NCBI GenBank assembly: GCA_020184695.1
Contig: JAANOX010000086.1
Coordinates: 1-21,138, forward strand
DNA length: 21,138 nt
Origin: Histomonas meleagridis 2922-C6/04-290x
Taxonomy: Eukaryota > Protista > Parabasalia
Direction: 5' to 3'
Shown here piece after piece: positions 1 through 11,447 of the stretch. Under the pieces are notes generated by a model. The model was not told where the DNA came from. It worked only from the letters and a program-made list of their open reading frames with translations, and did not search any database. A program made the translations under genes and the position numbers. How positions within the stretch are numbered: the first letter of the stretch is position 1; each line of letters starts with the position of its first letter.

Positions 1-698
1 CACACCAACAAAGCTTTTGCATTTTAATAGTTTAGGTATTTTAATTTTTTTCAAAAATCCTCAAATCAAGTAAAAAATATTTGATATTAATAAACGTACA
101 GATTCTATCTTTTTTTTCTTTACCTCGCGTTGTATGAGATATTATTAGTGTAGTGTGAGATAATGGATTTTTTGTTTAGTGCTCAACTCAATTTACAAAA
201 GTGCATTGTACGTTATATTTCTCTTCTAAATGGATCAATTACCTTTTTCTAGAAGAGAACCTACGAATAAGAGAAATACCACAATCTTCACCACCTTACA
301 TTTGATGGAGTAAATTATCCATACTCCTCTTAATAAACAACTGTTTCATCTCGACAAATCCCAAGAAGAGAGTACGACCTTTACAAATGAAAATAAATTG
401 TCCAATCGTGATTGCAGAACAGATAATTAGAACGAAATCGTGTAAATATGTTCAATGGAGGTAAAGATGTGAATCCATCAGCAATTACGTTGCTTCTTCA
501 AAAATCACATACGTTTCATTCAGCAACAACGAAACAATCATTTAGAAGCTCTTGAAAATCGCCGTCGAGTCGAGAAAGTTCGGTTTTTCGAATGAATAAA
601 AAACTGTTATTTTGTGACAACTTTTTGTTTGCTGTAAAACGATATATTCAATTTTATTCAAAATCAAACGGTTTCTAACAAAATCTATTTTTATGAAC

Positions 699-3063
699 TT
701 AAATTAAATTGTATGTGAGTCCTAATGCTTTCACAAAGTTTGGCTGTCCAGCAGGTGTTGGCCTAGGATACATTTTTGTGAATATTTCGAAAATACAATT
801 TGGGTTTTGATTATTTTCTTTCATTTGTATAAATAATTCGATTGCTGTTTGTTGATTTGATACATTAAACAGATCATTATTCATAAAATTAGTAAGGATT
901 GCTTGAACAACAATTGGATTATTTCTTTTGATTCAGGAGAAAGAATGAAGTCGCAAGAACTTTATAAGAGCGTTTTCTTACATCCCATGAAGAATTAAAA
1001 AATTCATACAAAGAAATGGAATAATTGTCCAAAATGATTCAATTTTTGGGAAAATTTCAGTCAGATATTGGATCATGCATAGTAATAAATCCTTCTTTTT
1101 GTTCACTTGTTTGTGATAAAATGAATTGAAGAATAGTTTCAGTTGGCATAGCCATCATTCGTAAATATTTCAAATGTTTTGGTAAATGGATGATATGGAG
1201 GAGTACATTAATCAATTAAGGCAATGAATAATCAATTAATCACACTGAGTCAACCAATTAAACAATTCACAATAGCTATTGTGCATGTTTGCATTATTTA
1301 CAATCATTATTGGTGTTAAAATTTCAAAAATTTTCACAAACGCCGGTGTAAAAAATAAACCTTTGAATTCTTTGCTGTATTGAGCGATTGAATTTTCTGC
1401 GATTTTTATCAAAAACAAACAAAGCCTCTCAATTATGATTTCATCCATTGAATTAACAGCATTTTGAGTGTTTTGTAGCATTACTTCTTGAATAAATGGT
1501 AAAATGGAAACATTATTACTTTCTTCTGAAAGTTTAAGGAACATTAATATGATCATTGCTTGAAATTATTTAACTCCAAATTTTAATATATTACTTAAAC
1601 ACAATAAAGGCTTTCAAAGAATGGAATCATTTCTTTAGTGCAAAATAAAGTTATTGTTTTAATGTAGAACTTACTTCATGTGCATTTGAGGAATAAATAT
1701 AGAAAGTGTTTGTATTATTTGATGTAAATATGGAATTATATACTCTTGATTTGCAATTTTTTGAATAAATCCTAATGAATTTTTAGGTAGATTTTGCATT
1801 TCAAATAATTTGTTTAACATTTGAATCGCTAAATACGGAGATGACTGAAGTTTCGCGAAACTTTGAAGAAACAAATAAAATCCTTCAGATGGTTCTTGAT
1901 TAAATATGAATTGATTTCATAAATTGTGATTGAGGTGGTTGATTAAAATCAATTGTATTCGTGATTGAATAAAATATATTTTTAAATTAGAATAGATATA
2001 ATATGATTGATTTTGGTGAACAGATTGAATTAATATGTTTAAAAATTGGAAAATATATGGTAACGTTATTTCTAAATTAGGATACTCTATTATAAATTTT
2101 GAGAAATTTTCACATGTATCAAAAATGTTTTCTTCATTTAAAAGAGTTGGCAAAATCCGTAAGAAAATTTCAATAAGCTGAAAAGTGGTTTTAACACGTG
2201 TATCGTGATAGTTTAAGTCGGTGTAATAATAGAAAAATGCACCAAAAAGTGGCACTGAATATTCCATATTTTGAACATAGCTGTAATGACATCATTATTA
2301 TAGCTTCTAAAAAGTTGGAAAGATGGACTATCAGAAACTAATGAAGAAAACGTGTCAAAAAAGTGTAAAAGTTCTGCTGAAAAATCTGGATTGTTAAATA
2401 ACATTAGATATTTTAGAGTAAAGGATATAAGATATCCGTGTTTTCATACCGTTGAAAAACTAGATAGTAAAGATCGAATAATCTTTGGATATAACTTCGT
2501 TTCCATTGATAATGGAAATAATAAATGGACATAATTGGTTAAGCGTGTTTTTAAATACTCTATTGGTGTCATATTTTTGAACAAATGGTAAAGTTGGCCT
2601 CTTCAAGGAGAATTTTAACAAACAATATGACCAGACTTCGTGGAAGTGATTCCCGCGTAGACTGAATTAACTGCTTGCAAAGAAGCCCAATGTCACAAAC
2701 TATAATAAGATACAATTTGTTTTCAGGGCTATTCTGTCTGGACTTTGCCTAATTTTCCAAAGAAGGAGAACAATTTGTGACAAATTTTCAAAACTAAAAA
2801 TACGAAAATTATAACGTATAGAATACATATGCATCCACTACAATCAAGCAAATATTTGAGTCTGGTAATAATTAAAAATCATTTGAAGAGAGAGGATTGA
2901 ATAGATGCTGGTGATTGTTGCCGCCGGGTAATAATCTTCTCGGCTTCATGGCGTTCTTGTTCCAGATGTGAGAAGTTAAGAAAAGTTGTATTAAAACTTG
3001 GAATTGGTCGAGGAGAACATTACGAATGCATCTCATATAAATTTGAAATTTTAAACATGACAT
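699..3063 (-). pseudogene. Heavily disrupted HEAT/ARM alpha-solenoid protein gene, possibly importin-beta/exportin-like
   Basis: Six co-oriented minus-strand ORF pieces (2872-3063, 2213-2404, 1917-2267, 1671-1874, 1236-1556, 699-884) with Leu/Ile/Phe-rich amphipathic helices. Hand translation of the gaps shows further coding-like text broken by frameshifts and TAA/TAG/TGA stops. The N-terminal piece FSHLEQERHEAEKII resembles the 'R..AE..L' start of importin-beta N-domains; the family call is inference. Confidence 0.5.
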
Positions 3064-3706
3064 ATATATTTGAATATAAAATATATGCTCAACAAAAGCA
3101 AAGACTAGACTAGTCTCTAGTTCCAGTGTTGAATGCTTTAATAATAATGGAAAAAATAACTCACCAACTTTTGTGATTTCTAATTCTTGAATATTTGTGC
3201 TCGTAAGGAAATTTGAAAATAGGTCAAATATTTTTATTTTGCTATTTTTATGTTGTTCTAATTTTTCAATTTCTTGTAAAAAAACTTAAATATATATATA
3301 TAAATTATTCATTCGAACAAAAAATAATGTATAAATTATTATGCTAATCATAATGTCAATTGATAATGGATTTTTATAAAAATTATTGAATGTATATTAT
3401 GATTGATAAATATTTCCTTTATTAAACCAAAGAATATCTTTTATTGATTTTATTTTTTTCCCATTTGTATTGATTTTTGGATTATTTTTGATATTTTTCT
3501 GTACATGTTTTTAAAATCTGATTTCATCTATTCATTGAAATTTAGGATTGTGAAGTTTCATAGAAAATTTTGATTAAAAACAACCCACACATATGAGAGC
3601 ACTGATTAACTGCCAATTTCTTTTCACAGATATAAACGTTGTATTTCGTTCTTAAAAATTCGTTTGAATACTTTATTTGTTATATAACGCGACAAAAAGA
3701 AAATGA

Positions 3707-3860
3707 ATGGATAATGGATAATGTATAATGTATAATGTATAATGTATAATGTATAATGTATAATGGATAATGGATAATGTATAATGGATAATGGATGATG
3801 GATAATGTATAATGGATAATGGATAATGGATGATGGATAATGGATGATGGATGATGTATA
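3707..3860. repeat. Heptamer microsatellite (ATGGATA/ATGTATA/ATGGATG)n
   Basis: Read directly, e.g. atggataatggataatgtataatgtata. ORF 3673-3864 (IIHY repeats) is a by-product. Confidence 0.95.
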
Positions 3861-3874
3861 TCAATTGTTTATAT

Positions 3875-4216
3875 CATACATTACATTGTTCATCATACAT
3901 TACATTATATATTATACATTACATTATATATTATACATTACATTATATATCATACATTACATTATATATTATACATTACATTATATATTATACATTATAT
4001 TACATTAACTATTTATATTATACATTACATTATATTTTATACATTACATTATATATTATACATTACATTATACATCATACATTACATTATATGTTATACA
4101 TTACATTATATATTATACATTACATTATATATTATACATTACATTATATATTATAATACATTACAATGTCTAAAATACATTACATTATATGTTATACATT
4201 ACATTATATATTATAC
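3875..4216. repeat. Compound minisatellite with ~19-bp higher-order unit ACATT-ATATATT-ATACATT
   Basis: Read directly. The ATACATT unit is the reverse complement of AATGTAT in the adjacent array. ORF 3851-4156 is a by-product. Confidence 0.95.
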
Positions 4217-4722
4217 GTTTCATTTTATAAAGTGTGTTAAATAAATAAAAGTTATTAATATAAAATTAAAATTAAATCAATATTTGCTTACAAAATTCAA
4301 GTATTATTTTTTGTTAATCTGACATTTTATATTTTATCAGAATTATCCTGACAAAAATAGGAAGTATTCAAAAAAAATTGAATAGGTGATATTTTCTCAC
4401 AATTCCTAGTGATTTGAATACTCATTCAAAAATGGCATCATGAAAAAGAAAAATTTTTTTAAATAAAATCATATACATAGAATATTTTAATAAAAATAAT
4501 ATACCACCATATGTTTTAACATATGGAGAATTTGATTATGATATTTATTTTATAAAATTTTTTTTTTAATCTGCATTAATTACATCAAAAATTATTTTTT
4601 CTTCATTATATGCCATAAAATATATTTTCTACTTATATATATTATGTTTTTGATATTATTATTTTAAAATAAATAATTTTATTTTTTCGAGAATTTTTTA
4701 ATTTTAAAATTTTTGATTTTTT

Positions 4723-4863
4723 TCTTGTTGTAATTATACAACAGTACGAAAAGTCAAAAATTGAGTCGATAACCGTCCAAAAGTGTGTATGTTTTGGGTA
4801 TATTTTAAGTCACCCCGGAGACCCCACCAGAAAATACTCCGGCGGGGCCCCTAGGGCCCTTAA
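4723..4863. repeat. Copy A of a dispersed non-coding element (65-bp core 4731-4795) ending in GC-rich hairpins and TTAA; probable DNA-transposon end
   Basis: Core matches 10564-10628 at 63/65 nt, with gaccccacca also shared downstream. Hairpins ccggag/ctccgg (4814-4842) and gggccc-cta-gggccc (4845-4859), then TTAA (4860-4863). Confidence 0.7.
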
Positions 4864-4865
4864 GA

Positions 4866-5320
4866 TCTGTCACGACCGCATTATATACCTACCGAACTTT
4901 AACCAATAAAATTCCAAGTAAACTTATGATATCAATGGATAAACTTACTCAAGTTTTATTGGTACGCTATATGTCATGACGCTGATCATGATGGGTTTAA
5001 TAATGCATTTAATATTAAAGCCGAAACGCCACTTGGGATTTTATTTAAGAACCAAAGTGTTTTAGAAACTCATCATTGTTCAGTAGCGATTAATGTTATC
5101 TCTAAAGATGAATGTAATCTTTTTCATTCATTATCACCTGTTGAAAACAAAAACACATGTGGTCATTAATCATCTCATTAATATTAGCAAGTTCGTTTGT
5201 TTGCCTTTGTTTCAAGCAGTAGCTAAAGCTGTGCCGAAACTTGAATGCAATGTTCAACAATTGAATTCAAATCTTGAAAAGTGGAAAGAAGCAAAGAAAC
5301 AAGAAAATCAAAAAGAATAA
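4866..5320 (+). pseudogene. Class I 3',5'-cyclic nucleotide phosphodiesterase catalytic-domain fragment (5'-truncated, frameshifted, internally deleted)
   Basis: Hand translation from about 4969: ICHDADHDGFNNAFNIKAETPLGILFKNQSVLETHHC, which fits the PDEase_I motifs HDxDHxGxxN and SVLExHH. Then WSLIISLILA in another frame, jumping directly to the C-terminal FVCLPLF..VPKL...NLEKWK. The upstream YHN..HA motif is absent. Confidence 0.85.
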
Positions 5321-5647
5321 ATGTATGAATAAAATGTTTCTATATATTAAATTTTTATTTTGATTTGATATAAGTTATTAGTATGTGAAGACAGCATGCT
5401 GTCTATCCTTAATTAAACTTAAGTCTAGACTTGAATCATTTGAAATTGTGATCATCATTTTGTGAAGTATTGATTTCACACGAATTTTGTGTTGCTTTAA
5501 CTTCTTGAAATAATCAAGGACTTACATAAAAAATCAAACTATTGAAAATAACACATAAAGGCATCTTTATTTCGAAATAGTTTTTAAGTCACAATTATTA
5601 TTGCTTCTTTGTACAATATGATCTCGATGAATATGAAATTCACATTC

Positions 5648-7014
5648 ATGATGTTTATCATCTTTATTTCTCATTCAGTACAAAAATTTGATAACGCTAC
5701 AGCAACACTAACAATTACAAATCCAGAAGAATTTACAGACGAATACAAAAACAAAACAAAGCATGTTATCATTTCAAGTGGAATAACAAAAATTCCTGAT
5801 AAAGCTTTTTATAATTGGCCTTTATTGATTACTGTTGAAATTAATAATTCTGTTAAAATAATTGGAGAAAAAGCATTTGCTTATTGTTCTGTTTTAGAAA
5901 AAGTTTCAGTTGGAGAAGGTATAACAAATATTTCTGACTATGCATTCCAAGATTGTGAGGTATTAAAAAACTTTACTGTTAAAGCTCCTCTTACAACAGT
6001 TGGACGGGAAGTATTCTATTGGTGCACTAGTCTTGAAACTGTAATTTTTGAAGAAGGTGTTCAGTCAATAGGTTACTTAATGTTTCGCAAATGTTGTAGT
6101 CTTCAATCTGTTACAATTCCAAGTACAGTTTCTTCAATATCAAGCAATCCATTTACTTCCTGCGAAAAACTGCAAATGATAAACATTTCAGAAAACAATC
6201 AACATTATTTACAAGTTGATGGAGTTTTATTTGATAGGAATTTGACAAAGGTTATAAGTTACCCAACTGGAAAACCAACAAAAGAATATAAACTTCCTGA
6301 TTCAGTAACTTCTGTAGGGGAATTTGCGTTTGCGGGTTCCCTTTATTTATTATCAATTAAATTTGGAAAAAATGTGATTACTATAGAAAGTTTTGCATGC
6401 ACTGAATGCGTATTTCCAAGATTAGTAATTCCTGACTCTGTTATAGAAATTAAATCACAAGCTTTTTCTTTCTCCAAAAAATTGGAAACAATAGTCATCG
6501 TTTTACTAAGTCAAGTTCAAGGTCATATTCACATACGCTTACAAAATCGAATACATTTTCATCATATTCCACATTTACAGAAACATATTCTTCTGATGTA
6601 ACTTTAACACATTCATATTCAGTGACATATATTTTATCATTGACACAAACATTAAGTATTTATAGTTCATATATCAATTCATTTATTCTTACGAATATTA
6701 ATTCAATATCTACATATATTTCAACATCAGTTATAATTTATGATTATACAGTTAGTCTTTATTCTGATTATTTCATGTCTTATTCAGGTTTTTATATTAT
6801 TGAAAACAATGTTATTAAAAATGAAGATAAGACAAAACTTTATATTGGTGTTGGAGTTGCAATTGGAATCGTTATTGTTGCTTCATTAATTATTACATTT
6901 TTAATTTACATTCGAAAGAAAAGAAATCAAAGTAATGAAGGATCATTTAATGATAATGATAAAATGATTATTAAAGATGATAATAGCAATGATGATAACA
7001 TTATAATTTATTGA
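5648..7014 (+). pseudogene. BspA-like (TpLRR/LRR_5) surface protein, copy 1: signal peptide, LRRs, Ser/Thr stalk, TM helix and tail; frameshifted at about 6500
   Basis: ORF 5609-6601 has repeated I.xxAF..C..L..V/I.I motifs and the DGVLF..LTKVISYP insert. Likely start is ATG 5648 (MMFIIFISHSVQ) just after a TCAC Inr-like motif. The frame of ORF 6622-7014 is open from about 6502 (FTKSSSRSYSHTLT...) and contains the TM segment IGVGVAIGIVIVASLIITFLIYI followed by RKKR. Confidence 0.9.
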
Positions 7015-7130
7015 TAGTTTTAAACCAAGTTTTATTTTTGATTTGAAGTTTGACAAATTCGGTATGATATATCAAGGAAACTTATTTGATCTTATTTATT
7101 AATAATTCTTTTACTTAATTAAATTAAATA

Positions 7131-8820
7131 CAGTTAGGGATTTGAACGTGTCCCATGAATTAAAGTCGTCCCATACGTTTACATTTAGATGTCAGAAATT
7201 TTTGAAACAAACATGAATATCTCATTTATTTATTGGTTTTAATTATTTATATTTATAAAAATAATTTAAATTATTTTTTTAGATATAAATATTTATTTAA
7301 ACTATGATATCTCATATAGAATAGTAAAAAAGTGCAATTGAATTTTTATTACAAAAGTTGATTTATTTCATCTTCATCTTCATATTTTGAAGTTTCGTTG
7401 CTAATTAAAGTACGACCAGGTGGAAGGTATTCATAATTTACGATGCCGAATTTGTGTTGCTTTATCTTTTTGACTTCATCGATTTTTATATTAAAATTCA
7501 AAAGTTCATGAAATCCCGGATTCGAAACCAGATCTTGGGCAACAAATCCAACAACTCTCTTACCATCAACAGTTTTAGTACTTATTCCTGCCCTTATGAA
7601 AGCCCCACGAATGTTAAATGATGTTGTGGTCTGCTCGTATGCCTCTAATATAACAATAATTGCATTTTCTACCATTTTTTGGCTTTCTTCATCTTCAACA
7701 GTATTTTTGATGTTTTTAACGACGCCAAATAATGACAAATCAAGGGCTTGGAAAATATTTGTGGTATGGGAAGGAAAACATAAAACAATTACTTTATTTT
7801 CTCCTAAAACTTATAAAATATCAACGTTAAAATGCGCACCAAAAGAATCCATTAATAAAATTGCTTCATACTTTTCAATTTCATATTCTGTTTTTACACA
7901 TTCGATATATAAAATCAATACATCATTAATGAATATATTTATTAAATAACTCATCATCAACGTAAGATGGATTTCGCATACGAATCATTACATCATCATT
8001 TTGTCGAAAACCGTATTTCCATAAATCATCACTATATAAGTGTTTTGTTATTAACATGGGAGTAAGAGCATCACCTGCTGCTGAAACACATGTAAGAAGT
8101 GTCATATGAGTTACTTTTGACATCAACATAAACTTTTCTCGGTTTTCGATTCCTACAAGATGAAGTTCCTACTACATCTAAATTAAAAACTAATTTTGTT
8201 AATATTTCATTCACATGTTTATGCATGTTTTGAAAGTGTTCTCTTATATGCTCTCTAGGAACTGTCATTCTTGTGTCTTTATGAGGAAGTGATCTACATT
8301 TTTTAATTTTATCTCTATTTCTAAGATAAAATTGATTTATCCATCCCTTTGTTATAGATAAATCAAATTTTTTTTTGATAAGAGATAATAACTGCTTTCG
8401 GGTCATTGCATGACTATCATTAGATGTATCAATAATTGCTTGAACAATTATTTCTTCTTTATCTTCATCTGATGCTCTATGTAGACCTAAAGGTTTTGAA
8501 TCTTGTGGGCCGTTTGAGATACTTTTAAATACCGTTTTAAGGCACATATTAATATGACGAATGCTAGTTGATTAAAAGTGAGAGTAACATCATCGAATTC
8601 AGATGCATATTTGTAGAGAAAACAAAGCTGATGATTTTTATATTCTAAGTTCATAAAGTCAGGATTCCTTAATAATGATCGAGTAAATCTCCGAGAAATA
8701 CCAATAGTATCTAATTTTTGTTTAATTCCGGGAGTGTGGAATGCATACGCACTTTTATACGCGCTTTTCGTGATAAACTATTCAAATACGCACTTTAATG
8801 AATGCACGCCGATCTAACCG
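7131..8820 (-). mobile_element. Decayed pogo-like (Tc1/mariner superfamily) DNA transposon
   Basis: Contains the transposase pseudogene below. One end is TA|CAGTTAGGG at 7129-7139 (TA target plus CAGT, as in pogo/Tigger). The putative other end, CGGTTAG read on the minus strand from 8820, is only a gapped match, so the boundaries are uncertain. Confidence 0.6.
7349..8745 (-). pseudogene. pogo-family DDE_1 transposase (HTH plus DD35D), disrupted
   Basis: HTH region with ITKGWINQFY; NLDVVG (first Asp 8176-8178); HMTLLTCVSAAGDALTPMLI; LLMDSFGAH (second Asp 7847-7849); PSHTTNIFQALDLSLFG (third Asp 7739-7741). There are 35 codons between the last two Asp. Frameshifts near 8550, 8120 and 7935, and an in-frame TAA at 7811-7813. 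The 5' limit is approximate. Confidence 0.88.
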
Positions 8821-9458
8821 AAAAATATTCCAATTTTTTTGATTTTTTTTAAACTTCGAAAATCAAACATAATGATTTTCGATAAAATTAATATATAATA
8901 TAGCTTATATAAAGTAATAAAATAATTTAATGTTAAATCTTCAAAAAATTAATTCTAAAATGAGACAAGATCAATTTAAAAAAATATTATTATTTCAAAA
9001 TTCCAATAGCATTAATCGAATCTACACATTCAAGAATATATATCTATAATGTTTTTTTGGATTAAAATATCTTGTATTCATGGGAAAAAATGATGATATT
9101 TTCCGAAAAAATTGAGTTGTATTGAATTATTGATAGAGTATTCAATCCTCACGTGGAAAAACCGTAAATAAAATCGACACATTCAAAAAAAATTGACGTA
9201 CGATATTTAACTCAAAAGTGATTTTCTGTTCAAAATAAAAATATTTTCAATTAAAAATGATGAACTGATAATTTTATTACTATTATATGAATAAATATCA
9301 ATAATTATTGACTATATCAGAGTTTTATTAATTTTATTAAATTAAATTTTTAAATCTCAATTAGATTGCATCCAAAATTTAGTTGATGATTATTAAAACA
9401 TTATATGCTAATTTATGCATTTATTCATCATTAATTATTCTATTCATTCCACACTCCC

Positions 9459-10026
9459 ATACATTATATATTATATATTATATATTATATATTATATATT
9501 ATATATTATATATTATATATTATATATTATATATTATATATTATATATTATATATTATATATTATATATTATATATTATATATTATATATTATATAATAT
9601 ATATTATATATTATATAATATCTATTATATATTATATATTATATATAATATATTATATATTATATATTATATATTATATATTATATAATATATATTATAT
9701 ATTATATATTATATATATATATATTATATATTATATATTATATATTATATATTATATATTATATATTATATATTTATATATATATTTATTATACATTATA
9801 TATTATATATTATATATTATATATTATATATTATATATTATATATTATATATTATATATTATATATTATATATTATATATTATATATTATATATTATATA
9901 TTATATATTATATATTATATATTATATATTATATATTATATATTATATATTATATATTATATATTATATATTATATTATTATATATTATATATTATATAT
10001 TCTATATTATATATTATATATTACAT

Positions 10027-10058
<32 letters not shown>

Positions 10059-10557
10059 TATATATATATATATTATATATATATATATTATATATTATAT
10101 ATTATATATATATATATTATATATTATATATTATATATTATATATTATATATTATATATTATATATTATATATTATATATTATATATTATATATATATAT
10201 ATTATATATTATATATTATATATTATATATTATATATTATATAATATATATTATATATTATATATTATATATTATATATTATATATATATATATTATACA
10301 TTATATCTTATATATAATATATTATATATTATATATTATATATTATATATTATATATTATATATTATATATTATATATTATATATTATATATTATATATT
10401 ATATATTATATATATATATATATTATATATTATATATTATATATTATATATTATATATTATATATTATATATTATATATTATATATTATATATTATATAT
10501 TATATATTATATATTATATATTATATATTATATATTATATATTATACCTTACATTAT
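9459..10557. repeat. ~1.1-kb almost purely A/T microsatellite (ATATATT)n with (AT)n slips
   Basis: Read directly. ORFs 9383-9688 and 9415-9597 (YIIYYIL repeats) are by-products. Confidence 0.97.
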
Positions 10558-10659
10558 CTTGTTTAATTATACAACAGTACAAAAAATCAAAAATTGAGTC
10601 GATAACCGTCCAAAAGTGTGTATGTTTTAAGTATAAAATTAGACTTCCCGACCCCACCA
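10558..10659. repeat. Copy B of the dispersed non-coding element (65-bp core 10564-10628)
   Basis: 63/65 identity to 4731-4795 in the same orientation, directly abutting the microsatellite. Confidence 0.8.
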
Positions 10660-10961
10660 TCAGCTCGCTCCTCTCGCTACAAAAATCATGATGATTTTTG
10701 TATAATTATTCAATTTACTCAATAATTTGATTACCTACTCGAAATTTAAAAGACGCGATACTTTTTGATTGAAACGATAGCACTTTTTAGACCACTTTTC
10801 ACATAAACCTATCAAAAACCTCGTATAACCAGCACGAATTGTCCCCGGTTATGTTTGGCCGGACATTTATCTGATTTAGTTGCAAACTATATCTCGGCGC
10901 ATTTAATTATTTGATTATTTAATTTGCGCCAAATTTTAAATAGTAAATAGATATCATAAAT

Positions 10962-10979
10962 GTTCACTTCATTTTCATC
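10962..10979 (+). promoter_or_regulatory. Initiator-like (TCAY) elements just upstream of ATG 10980
   Basis: gttcacttcattttcatc precedes the ATG. A TCA(Y) Inr close to the start codon is the established trichomonad core promoter. Confidence 0.45.
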
Positions 10980-11447
10980 ATGAATGGTCATATTTATTCC
11001 ATTGCTCAAATTGCTGACAATATCAAAAATAAAAATTCAGATGCTATTGTTGTTGCAATATTCTTCGATCCTAAACATAATAAAACGGGAAATTACAACA
11101 ATTTTATTATCCATCCGATTGGAATGATAATAAAACATAATAATTTCTCCGATTTTTATTTTGTTCACTAAGAAATAATAGAATTCTTTGATAATCCAAT
11201 TGGGATTTCAATCCCAATTACTGAAAATAAGAAACCACCTCTAAATGAAAATGTTCATTATATAGGAATAGTTTAGAGTCAATTGGAATGTAAATTTGGA
11301 CGATGGTATGAATCAAATATCTATGAGTCATGTAATGATGAAATTATTCGTACATTATTAGATAATGTAATCGTTAATAGACATCATAAAACTCAACAAT
11401 CTGCTTTTGATTTAAAGCAAGACCATTTCCAAGAGTGCCTAAAATAA
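10980..11447 (+). pseudogene. Hypothetical ~155-codon gene with two in-frame stops
   Basis: ORF 10980-11171 stays in frame through TAA 11169-11171 and TAG 11274-11276 to TAA 11445-11447 with ordinary protein-like composition. No family recognised. Confidence 0.5.

Noticed and set aside
163-595. Coding-like plus-strand text ending LEALENRRRVEKVRFFE*
   Set aside because: Probably another decayed gene, but no continuous frame or family could be reconstructed.
3673-4156. ORFs 3673-3864 and 3851-4156
   Set aside because: Translations of microsatellite; no coding evidence.
4851-4854. Canonical Helitron 3' end (hairpin plus CTAG)
   Set aside because: The CTAG is within the hairpin and is followed by G rather than the expected T; no Rep/helicase gene is present.
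9383-9688. ORFs 9383-9688 and 9415-9597
   Set aside because: Translations of the (ATATATT)n array.
3707-10557. CRISPR-like or telomeric array interpretation of the repeats
   Set aside because: Units are contiguous with no unique spacers, there are no cas genes, the context is eukaryotic, and the units lack G-rich telomeric composition.
10680-10700. Palindrome caaaaatcat-g-atgatttttg
   Set aside because: AT-rich 10-bp arms are expected by chance at this base composition.
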